The translations under genes were made by a program, and so were the position numbers. The notes beneath the pieces are model-generated. The model had not been told where the DNA came from, did not search any database, and was given only the letters and a program-made list of their open reading frames with translations. Below are positions 52,601-63,200 of a stretch of 64,000 nt of DNA, one piece after another. Source of the stretch: Botryllus schlosseri (taxonomy: Eukaryota); assembly GCA_051294905.1 (NCBI GenBank), contig CM119371.1, positions 7,566,001-7,630,000 on the forward strand, given 5' to 3'. Within the stretch, counting starts at the first letter, position 1; every line of letters starts with the position of its first letter.

Positions 52601-53923
52601 CAAGGGGAAAAACTTGTTAAAGATATCTGTCGGCGCAGTGAGAGGGTCGGATATCGTGTTCAACACACTAAGCGAGTCTGAAAGAATCACATATTTGTCT
52701 TCTTTGCATCCATAATCGGAAACCCAGGCCAGTGCATGAAGAATCGCTAAAAGTTCAACATGGAATACGGAATGATAAACATGACAAGTTCTACTAACCG
52801 ATACCGAACGAGAGGGGATATAGAAAGCGTAAGCGGGTTCTATTGAGGTCTGGGACCCATCTGTATATATCTCGATAGCATTCAAATATATAGTATTCAA
52901 ATATATAGCATTCAAACATATAGTCGTGGAAACATGCTTTTATGACATCTTGAGTAACATTCTTCGGGTGTAAACGTAGCAGTTGCGTATTGACGATTGA
53001 TGGCTGGGCCAGCCACGGAGCTTGATAGTGGGAGAGGGTTTTCTCCACTGAAATTTCCCGAAACAACGGGACGTTGGAGTGAATGTTATACGTGACAAAG
53101 CTAGGTCTAATTAGCCCATATATCTCGTGCCATGACTCTTGCAATAGCCCAAGTGCGGAATGTTGAATTGTTGATCTGTATTTTGTTTGAGTAGATAACA
53201 GCGATAGTTCATACACAGATATTTATGTCTAATCTGAAGAGGGGGCTCATTGCATGCTGCTTGTAACGCACAGACCGGGGAGCTGCGCATTGCTCCACAA
53301 CATAAACGCAATGCTTTGTTCTGCACTACTTCGATCTTTTTCAAGTGGCATTTAGGAGAGAAGTAGTATGCTGGCATACCGTAGTCAATAACAGACCTGA
53401 TTAGAGACCTGTATAACTGTAATAATGACGATTTGTTACATCCCCAGCTCGTACCACAAAGTGCACGCAACATGCGTAACGGGGTATATCTGCAGTACTC
53501 AACAACATCGACCCTCAGTAATCGATTCCATTCACTACAATTGATACTCGACTCATATTCGAGTACTTGCGTCCTTGTGCATATGGCTCCACTGAAAATA
53601 AACATATATTCGACCACAGATGTTCTTCGTTTGCGCCGAAATCCCTCTCTATGTTCGACGTGCAACAGCTCGCCGCAATAAATGATAACATATTTTTCAT
53701 ACTGGCGAAACGGCTCTTCCTCCAAAATAGTAGTTGTCCGTAGTTTGCTGTTTCCTGTCTCGGTATGCGAAAACAGCTCCTACCGTTGTAGATAACGCAA
53801 AAAGTCCTGTAAACATACATCAAGACACAACTATTTGATCATACTAACTATTCAACGACTATGCCGCTACGTACCGATGAAAATTACGAAGTCGACAGCT
53901 CCAAATGTATCTGCTTTGTGCAT
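37673..53923 (-). CDS. SLC5A8-like: Sodium:solute symporter, SLC5A8/SLC5A12/SLC5A6/NIS clade; 13 coding exons, 594 aa
   Basis: Exons (all introns GT-AG, phases consistent, total 1785 nt): 53923-53875, 53806-53703, 50567-50379, 49126-49061, 48370-48251, 48188-48034, 44356-44216, 43611-43393, 43326-43214, 41902-41745, 41669-41476, 38804-38701, 37845-37673. Motifs YYFGGR, SFVSALTVIGFPTEVY, YLELRF, GGIKAVLWADALQ, YEGCDPL, PDQLMP, LPGMAGLFVAAAFCGTMSTVSSGLNS. Exact ortholog not determinable. Confidence 0.93.
40595..41120 (+). mobile_element. GACTCGAG-rich hAT MITE, complete intronic copy
   Basis: TIR CAGGGCTGTAA / TTACAACCCTG, colinear with 25803-26341. Imperfect TSD TGAAGGAG vs TAAGGAG. A further 3' fragment lies at about 43960-44106. 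Confidence 0.85.
44483..46538. mobile_element. hAT (Tip100-like) non-autonomous element in an SLC5 intron
   Basis: Perfect 15-bp TIR CATAGGCGCCGAGTT / AACTCGGCGCCTATG and TSD CCTACATG vs CCTCCATG. Internal duplicated block (AAATGCAGCAATGCAG at about 44960 and 46075). Confidence 0.88.
47037..47700. mobile_element. Foldback (almost fully palindromic) hAT-type MITE related to 29403-30021
   Basis: TAGGGCTCTTCAAAAATGAC...GTCATTTTTGAAGAGCCCTA with about 320-bp arms. Perfect TSD CTGTACAA at 47029-47036 and 47701-47708. Confidence 0.92.
50913..51467. mobile_element. hAT (Charlie-like) MITE, same family as 24317-25205
   Basis: Shares GAAAATGAAG.ACTTGGTGGGC and the TATGTTGCCCG.CC.TG end. The left terminus is degenerate. 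Confidence 0.6.
51879..53473 (-). mobile_element. 5'-truncated, frameshifted non-LTR retrotransposon (I/Nimb group) with RNase H, in SLC5 intron 2
   Basis: RT thumb region (SWGCNKSSLLQLYRSLIRSVIDYG...QNKALRLCCGAMRSSP), RNase H (IYTDGS, ELLAI, SDSLS, WIPSHKGIHGNEIAD), C-terminal RLRSGH...ETVDHFLLNC and a (TAA)n tail at 51879-51900. 14-bp TSD GCGTGACGGAGTAT (51865-51878) vs GCGTAACGGGGTAT (53474-53487). Confidence 0.92.
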
Positions 53924-56262
53924 CGCCGATGTTGCATTGACAATTGCTGGATATATGGCAATTTCTTGTTGGACAAATAGGTTGTAATGTCATGCATAGT
54001 TAGTCCTTGACATAGTACTAGTATAGTAGGTTCGCAAGTAACGAGACTACTTCTTGGTATTGAACCAATGTGCGATTTGAAATGAATATGAACGAGGAAG
54101 CAGTTACGTAACTGCTCACTTTGACACTATAGGAGTTTTAATTCACTAATTTTGATTGAAATAGACATGCAATAGTTAAATGTTTAGCAGAATTTTGTGG
54201 TTTAAATTCAAAACAAGATGAAATTGTAAGAGGCTATTCCCGAGTTTGACACTACAATCATACCAGCGTTTGTACAACTTAGGTAGTGCTATACATTAAA
54301 TCACCATTACATCACAATGCTGTTCCACATTGCAGTCTGCCTATGCTACACAAAATATATCCTACCGCGCTACCGACACCTAGTAAATCTTGCGAACTAC
54401 TTCAAGGAGAATGCTTCATATACCGGTACGCCATTGACGTCAGAGAGAAGAAAAAGAACCACTCTGGAGGGTGACCATTGCCCGTCAGCCAATAGAATAA
54501 AACTAAGCCGACGAGAACAGCCCGGAAATGAAATTGTGAAGGCCAAACTGGAGATTAAACAATGATTTGAGTACTCGAATCTGAATTGAGTATTAATTTG
54601 AATGATTCGAGTCGAGTAGTAAGAGATGATTTTTTCGAGTACTAAATTTATACGCTATTCGTCACTGAAAGTTAATTTATCAACGGGAAATAAATTTACG
54701 ATACTATTTTCCACTGTTGGAGCCTTGAAGCCTTGATTGTCCATATTGCAGCATACAAAACATAGTGAGAAGCTGAAAACGTTACTAAAAATAGCACATT
54801 TGCGAGGTCATGATCATCTCACAACATTGTCACAAAGTGCAAAGAAATCGGTTCGGTTGAAAAATATAACACAGCATCTTTAATGTAATGAATGACAGGA
54901 ATCATATTATATGTTGTGGTATTATATACTCTATTAATGGCATAGAAGGTACATATTTTAACTTTGACATATTACATTCTGTTATGACGTCATGATGAGT
55001 GGTACTCGAATACTCGACTCGACTCGAATCATAATGTATGATTCAAAATCGAATAACTCAGGTACTCGATTTTGCCAGCCATATTCGCGACTCTGTGTAC
55101 CTGTCATTATTACGTCACAACGACAAAATTATTTCTATATTTCGAACTTGGTTAATCTCATTTACTGGCGGTCACTCCTGAAGAGGGCCAGTCGAAATGC
55201 TTCGAGTGGTATAAATTTGGCAACATGAATGTATTGTTTGCTGTAATATTGAAGTTCTGTACTACGAAAAGCCTATTTTTTGACTTGGTAAACAATTTTG
55301 ACAAATTTTGACCTAGCGCCACAATTTTCACAAAATCTTGAATTTTCTGACATTCCCTAAAAAATTACCTTGATTATCAACATTGAGAAGAAGTCGCTGA
55401 CATGAGCACCAAATTCCAAGAAGGCAGAAAAGGCAAAATGAAGTCATTTACAGCAGCGGAAACGCCAATGCGAAACCGTTATGGAGAATATATAATAGTT
55501 ACGCAAATTGCAATCCAAATATCTGTGTTTGCACCGCTGTATTATTTTCGACTCATAAGATTGGGGTTCGGAAACCCTGGCCCGCGTGCCATTGGGTTAT
55601 AATTCCTAGAAACTATCTACAGCAATTAGCCATATATATAATGCCGCGTCAGTCATAATTGCGTCAATAGGTCTGGAAACACGTACCTCACTCCAATCTT
55701 AAGTTGCCTATTTAAGCGAACCACGTTCCGTTCAAATCCGCGTAGGTCAACAGTATAGCCGCTAATGTAATGAAACGTGGCTTTAAAGGATGCAGTGTCC
55801 TCAGCGCGTCCACCTCCGCGGAGAAGTTAATATACTTAGACAAATATTGGCCTCAACAAGAACAAATAGGCCCTTTCCTTACCCTGATAAATGAGCAAAC
55901 CATTTTCTACGATGTCTAAATACCATGATTGCTTATATATCAAGTCTAGTCGCGACAAGTCATGAATTCAATATACAGTCTGGTCAATTACTTTATAGTT
56001 TCATTTTAGTTTGTTTATCAAACATTAGCGAGCTTGTTTTTCATAAGCTTGATCAATATAAATATATATTCGTAGTTATGATATCTAGATCGCGATACAT
56101 AAGTCGCCGGTCTCTCAGTGCGAATAAGCATTTGATGTTGTTGGCAATAAACATTGAAAGGGAATACAGCTCAAGGATGAGATGCCTGATCGGGCAAGAA
56201 TCTGAATATGTATCAAAATATATTGCAGGTCAATAGGGTAAAACGGAAATATTTCGTTGGAT

Positions 56263-56362
56263 ATGGAAGGCAGGACATCGACGAAAGCCTATCTGCTGGC
56301 TGCACTGGTGTTTCTTGTGGGGCAATGCGAGGAATCAAAAGCGGCTACCACTACGAAACATG
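56263..56362 (+). CDS. First coding exon of a probable secreted or membrane protein (signal peptide)
   Basis: MEGRTSTKAYLLAALVFLVGQCEESKAATTTKH has a charged N-terminus and a hydrophobic core, ending in a phase-1 donor G|GTAAAT. Acceptor ttgcag at 56228. No downstream exon found in the window. Confidence 0.55.
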
Positions 56363-56725
56363 GTAAATATTCCCGCGCTAATATCAAATTCGCCGTGTTT
56401 GGGATCGACCCCTTATACCGAACAGTGAACAATTCATTTATTTGCCCCAACCTTCGGATATACGTTCTGTATATCTAAAAATAGCTTGCGATTTACGTGG
56501 GTGACGAATGGCTTAGCTAGACTAGGTAGTAGATATCACGGGCAATCGGCTGTCGTCGAATTGGACATGAAGACATAAAAAGTTGAATTTGTTCATTTCT
56601 CGGTTGTCATCTCTTGCATTCCTCACGCAATGCATGCATGGGCAACGCCAAATCACTAGTAAATCAAAGGGGTATAGATATACGCCAACTTATATCGTTT
56701 TGACTCGCCGCTAAACACTCTAGGG

Positions 56726-58605
56726 CAGTGGTTCTCAACCGCCGGTCCGCGGACCGGTGCCGGTCCGCGACGACTATTCTGCCGGTCCGCCAGACATTTT
56801 GTAATTTTATAGTTCAATTGCAAAATAAAATAAGTTGAAGTTAGCTTTATTGATAAAAGAAGCAACACACCACATTTAGAACTGAACAGAAACATCCTTA
56901 TTTATTCGTACCACGCATTTCGTAGTACGTCTGGTGATGTGGTAGTGGGGAATGAGCAAAGGTGTTTGTCGCGACTCCGAAACGCTTCTTTTCTCGATAT
57001 TATCGAAGAGAAGAAGAACATTTAAGTTGGTGTATTCCAGGGGTTCCCCACCTAGTTTCACGACCCCAACGGGTCAGTTTGCCTATTCTACGGAGTCGCG
57101 GGACAGAAATGCAATACCAATGACCATTACAAGAATGTCATTGAACCGGGTGCTATCTGCAGTTCATTTCTGTTTATTCTAGTTAATTTTGCAAAATAGA
57201 AAATAAAACGACCTCTAAAAATTGCGATCTTGGCAAACAAGGTATCATCAGACCAGTCGAAGCGTCGTGCTGAAGCGCCACCCACTATAACGTAAGGTTG
57301 GAGTCTGGTCACCTCTATTAAAATTACAATGTCGTGAGCCTAGAGATAAATGGGATGGCAATTTTCCTTCCAAGTGACCGATAGCGCTATGTGATAATGG
57401 TTCCCAAACTGGGTTCCGAGGTTCGTTTGGGGTCCAGGAGACATTTTTGGACCGCGAAGCACGTTGCGAAAAATTCAAACTATCCAGAAAAAACTAATTG
57501 TTGAATTATAACAAAATTCAGGCAACTGATTGTTAAATCAAACTCGATGGTGGCGGACATGACATAATATCATTAATGAACATGAAGTGGAATATTTCGG
57601 TGCTAAATGATTCAATTTTAAATTCAAGTCTCGCCTCGCGCGCTTTAGTGTCACCATGTATTTCTCGATTTTTGACCAACGCGCGACTTCACGAGAAGTT
57701 CGCTGGCAAAAAGATCACTGGCGGCATGTTGGCCGGAACCATCGATGTTGATATTTTCAGCCACCGAAATAGTCGTCACCGAATAGTCCTAATTGAAGCC
57801 GCGCGTGGTACAAATGCGACCCGCGGAGAAAAATAATGCCCCCCGCGTGTTAAAATGCGAATTGAAAAATGAATTTTCCTTTTTTTAGTCTGTTACGTGT
57901 ACGTGACTCCTATAATATTAAAGTAGCCACAATCATTACCTGGGTTCACGAGTAAGCAACATGCTTCAACAAATTAATTGCTGTAATATTGACAAAATTT
58001 ACTCCCCCATAACTTCGCGATTCACCCGACAAGAAAGTAGCTGTGTACACGGATTTTCATAACACGTATTGGTGCTTACTAAGCCGAAAGAAACAAATTA
58101 ATAAGTCTCACATATGCCGTTAGCTAATTCGGCTCATTCGTGAATTCGTAGTAATACCGATTGTGAATTGGATGTATAAAGTGTAGTGTTGAAATTACCG
58201 GAAGCGGTACGAGGGGTCTGAAGGACTTTTTCCTCCAGATATTATATGTTGATCACCCTATGACGAGCAAGACCACCGTTTTTAGGTGTTTTGTGTAAAT
58301 TTGGTAAGGGACCGTGAGTCATACAAAAGATTGCCAAGGGACCGTTTCGTGAAGTAGTCGGTAGTCGTGTAGTTGGTCAAACCACGGCCTTATCAACACA
58401 CTACCGCAGAATTTCATGAATGACGTCATGAACACAAATAGAACCATCAAAATGCCACTCTCCAGTAGCATTCTTGCAAAAAATGGTTGCATGCTTTTAT
58501 CGCAATTGCATTTCGGGTTCATTCCATTTTTGAAGGTCCACCGGTCCGCCGACTATTTTTTGAAATTTTACCGGTCCGCGAGCTCAAAAAGGTTGAGAAC
58601 CACTG
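56726..58605. mobile_element. hAT (Charlie-like) non-autonomous element with nested inserts
   Basis: Perfect TIR CAGTGGTTCTCAACC / GGTTGAGAACCACTG with CCGGTCCGC subterminal motifs. Perfect TSD CTCTAGGG at 56718-56725 and 58606-58613. Confidence 0.9.
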
Positions 58606-59001
58606 CTCTAGGGGCATCAAGCCTACAACCCACGCGGGTCGCATTCGACTCGTCAAACGATTTCATCCAGCCAGCGAAGCAATTCTGACTGGATTGAAAA
58701 ATGCGTTACGTTTTTTAATGAGAAATACTTTGATTTGATTAAATAATCCACCAAAACAGCAAATCTCGAACATGTTCATAATAGACACATTAACTAGCGT
58801 TACTATACGTCCTCCATTAGGAGGAAATTTTCCAACTTTTTCTGGAAATTGAAAATGTCCTCCGAGGACGCCTAAATGTCCCCATGTTTGTCAATTCATC
58901 CTATTTTACAGATTTTGCAGCTAGGCTAATGGACAGGAACAACTGAAAATTGGCACAAATTCCGCAAAATAGGTAATGCGGACGCTCGGGCAGGTCATCA
59001 G

Positions 59002-59454
59002 TAGGGCTGGGCATAACGATCCGACTAAGCTTCTCGCCACTGAAAGTTAATTAATAAACAATATTTATAGTTTCGATATTAATTTTCACTGTTGATGCCT
59101 AGAAACCTTGATTGGCGGTATCGTAGGTTCGTAGCATGCGAAACATATATGACAAGGCTACGAAGGTTACTGGGCAATGGACATAGCACATTTCTTTTCC
59201 GAAGTCATGATTATCCCACAACATTGTCACCAAGTCGAATGAAATCGGTATGGTCAGGGAAATACCATACCTATAATTTATGAGATGGATAAAAGGCATT
59301 ATATTCTTCGTGGTGACATAAACGGTGCATATTTGAACTTTGACTATCATATTGCGTTATGACGTCATAATTGGTCATACTAGATTACTCGACTCGAAGC
59401 ATATCACGTGATTCAGAATCGAATCACCTAGGCACTCTAGTTTGCTCAGCCCTA
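59002..59454. mobile_element. hAT (Ac-like) MITE nested in a decayed Blackjack-like MITE (about 58796-59615)
   Basis: TIR TAGGGCTGGGCA / TGCTCAGCCCTA. Perfect TSD GTCATCAG at 58994-59001 and 59455-59462. Confidence 0.88.
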
Positions 59455-59934
59455 GTCATCAGGGAGTCGGATCACAGCAATGACCTGATTTTAGTCAACA
59501 CAGCAAGATTTCCAGTAAATATTTCCAAATCAGCTATCATCAATTTCATAACACTGACTTTAATAATTTTTAAAAAAGTGTCTTCCTTTACGGTTTCCAA
59601 AATATGGAAACCATACATTAACCATCCGACGAAGTTGCAGTTTCACTTTTAGTCACTATTATTAGCAATTCGGTGACACTGAAACCAATGTACCCTCTAA
59701 TATTTTTACTAGTCCACGCGTAGCCTATACTCACCAATTCACTGCGCGGTCATTTGGATAACAGTGTGTAAACACTAAAAAGCCATCACTTCGGCTTTCT
59801 TGTGCGCGGCACAGATTTTCCTGTGCGCGGCGACTTCGTCACCAGTGCGTGACCGCGCACGCGCGCAGTTAGAGGGGGCATCGAATGATCCCTTATTCCG
59901 AAATGGCCAAACAAAGTCATCATTGAGTTTAGAG

Positions 59935-60225
59935 CAGTGGTTCCCAAATTTTTTCGGTGTGAGAGTCAAATTTATAATTTAGGAGTACAGTCGGGGCTGC
60001 ACGAATACCAAGGCTATGAAACGGACGCAAACAGTCATCATGGCTATTTCGGAGTAGTTTTATTGCCCTAGCGAGATTTCAAAACTGTACACTGTTTACC
60101 GCTGCTTATCTGCTGCATTGGGTGTCCGTTGAGTGAATCAGCTTTTCTCGCCTAAACGCACGATACGCGAGAAATTTCTTTAGTTTCATGACTGAATCGG
60201 TCAATATGATCGGGAATTGCATGTA
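59935..60225 (+). mobile_element. Left arm of a Charlie-like hAT MITE, apparently interrupted at 60226
   Basis: Starts CAGTGGTTCCCAAA after GTTTAGAG. No matching right TIR was found in the remaining 4 kb. Confidence 0.55.
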
Positions 60226-63200
60226 AGTAGTATAGTAGATCGGTCGTGACTTGGTGTTTTTTGCATGGGGCTCTTATGGGCGGGGTGGCATATCGCCTGG
60301 AAACCCGGGGTGGCATATCGCGCTTTTAGACCCCCCTCTCGGTCGCACATCGCCATTGGTTCTTATGGGTGCGCTCGCATGTCGCACTTTTAGATATAGG
60401 CATCTCTCGCACATCGCATGGAAAACTCGTGGTGGCATGTCGCACTTTTAGATATAGGCATCTCTCGCACATCGCATGGAAACTCGTGGCGGCATGTCGC
60501 ACTTTCGAGTATAGGCATCTCTCGCGCGGTGTTGAATATGTACGAGTCACCAACAATAACCGCACCAACGGAAACGCGGCTTGCAATAGGATTACGCGTG
60601 CGACCTATATTTCGAATGACCTGCGCACCGAATTATTTCTCGTCCAGCCGCTACTATCGATTATTACACTATTCCTGAATCGTAATGAAAACTCGCGGTC
60701 GTGATTCGTACTTTCCCGTGATTCGTAATGGATTCTTATGGACGCGGTCGTGATTCGTACTTCGGGTATAGGCGGCGGCGGTGATTCGCCTGTCATGTAT
60801 TCTTACGGATCTGTGGTGACTCGCCATGTGTTCTTATGGGTGCGGTCGTGAATCGCCCTTTCGGGTATAGACATCTCTCGCATGTCGTATTGGATACTCG
60901 TGTTGGCATGCGACTCTTATGTCTTATGGGTGCGTTGGCATGCGGTTAGCGTTATTCTTATGGACGCGGCGGAGATTCGTACTTTCAGCAAAAAAGGTGT
61001 GGAATAGTTTATAAAATCTTGGAATCACTCGCAGAATTATATTTTGGTAATTATTTTGTCACAGAGCCGGCGTAGACGGCGCTTCCAACACCAACAATAA
61101 CCGTCCACACAAACTAACACTTCAAAAAAGGTGTGAAATATTTGTAAAATGCTACGATCACTCACAAGATAATGTCCCAGACATAACCATCATTCGCGAC
61201 TTGATGTTACATACATACCAATCGCTCACAAGGTAATATTTTGATAGTTTGATACGGAACTTGATTTCACTCGTAAGATTTATTAAGTAACGAATAACAG
61301 ACCGCCAGTGTCGGTAACTTGAATAGCGACAAATTGTCACTTATTTCCGCTCTAACCCTAATCCTTTGTGAAGTGAACGCTTATTCAAAAGGGTGTGATA
61401 TAATTTTAAAATCCAACGACCACTCACCGGATAATGCTTCAGACATATAGCAATCTCTCATACCCGCTCACAAGGTAATATTTCGGTAATAAGTTTGTCA
61501 CAGAGCCGTCGCAGACGGTGATTCGAAAACCAACAATTTGTCACTCGCCCGCGATCGCTATATGTTTCACACCTCCAGAATAGTGGCTGACTTTAGTTGC
61601 GTGATAAGATCCATGAAAATATTCAATCAATGTGTTAGTTTATCAACTTGAAATGAAACTCACTACACAAATCAAGTCGATTCGTATCTGAATGTTTTAA
61701 ATCGGTACAACTCTAATCCTTTGACAAATCCCTTAACGCGTTTTTGTTGAATCGAACGTAACCCGAATATTACTGACGCCGACTTTCAGCCGCATCGAAT
61801 TATTCGCACATTCCGCGCCACTGTTTTCACACTTATAGAATCAATACAAGAATCAAGAATCACAAGTATGTGCATTACACAGTTATTGTCTTTATTAACT
61901 TGAAATCAAACACTTAACAAAAACACGCAACTAATCATTTGGCAACTCTAGCATTACCAAAAAATTCCAGTATTGTTGATTGAAAATCCTTGAGTCATTA
62001 TTATCAAAAATGTTATAGTACCGCATCGGAATCCATTCGCGGATGTACCAAAGGTAAATCCAGATAATCCAAAATGAAATATTTGGACTTTGACAAACAT
62101 GACTACCAACTGTGATCCAGTCACATTTCAAGATCATACTTTGAAACAATCCTTGAAACTTACAACTCTATTCACGACTGAGTTTTCCGTTTATCAAATA
62201 GAGTTTCAGTAAATACTATCGCTATGGTGTCGCTATATTTTAATGTATAGAATCAATCAATGAAATAACACCTGTTGTAAATATTTCTAACTTGACAACC
62301 ACTTGTCCATACCGCGATCGACTTGTGACGCGATGAGTTAAATCGGAATATTTCAATCTATTTGTCGAAACCTTGAACAAACTATCAGGTTATTTTTTGT
62401 TGTAATCGAGTGAACGGAATTAGTAATACGTCTCAACATTTTAACATCTTGCCACCAACAAAAGAGTAAAATACAAAAACCTTGTCAAGTCAATCCGTTT
62501 GTAACTCACCGAACCAAAGCAAAAAGTGTCCATGCGAAAAGTAGACAAGACTACACCAGTAATCACTACAATCCAAAATCCATAGCAAGTTCGGTTTTAG
62601 GCGTATACCACCAACTCGTCTTTTTATTTGTTCAACTGTAAAAGTCGTTACTATTCTGTAAGATAAAGTAATTACTACTCGGTATATTTTATAAACCAAA
62701 GTAAATACTACTCGGTGTCTGGTTTGAGATTAACATATTACATTTGAGTATACCGGATTTGAATGGCTGACCAACGTAGTTGAGAATTTATTTCTTACAA
62801 TCAAACGCCGGTGTTACATCGAATGGTATCATACTGTAAACATAAGGATTGACACATTGATTTGATATATGAGATTTTGTAATGTTCGACCACGTCTTGA
62901 TTATTAAATTATTCACGATAATTAGACCCGGTGTTGTGGTAAAGGTTATTAGAAAATATCACTTTTGACATCGAGCACCAGTCGAAGTGGGTGAACAATA
63001 CTTAATCCTTTCAGTGACTCCCTGTTGTACGTGCTAAATGTAAAACATTACGAGGTTAAACTCTAAGACTTTGATCAGCACAAGAGCAATTTGGACTATC
63101 TTTACTGGCTGTAACCTATTCTACTAGACAAAACTCGCAGCATTAATAAAATCAAAATATGTGCTACACTGAAATCTACAAAATGTGTTTGTATTGTTGC

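Noticed and set aside
59686..59982. Second exon of the secreted-protein gene
   Set aside because: The segment is bounded by CAATGTACCCTCTAA...TTAGAGGGGGCATCG, a degenerate hAT MITE, followed by another MITE start.
60251..60796. Overlapping ORFs with repeated peptide ACRTFRYRHLSHIAWK
   Set aside because: They are a by-product of a GC-rich 57-58 bp tandem repeat that is open in several frames on both strands.
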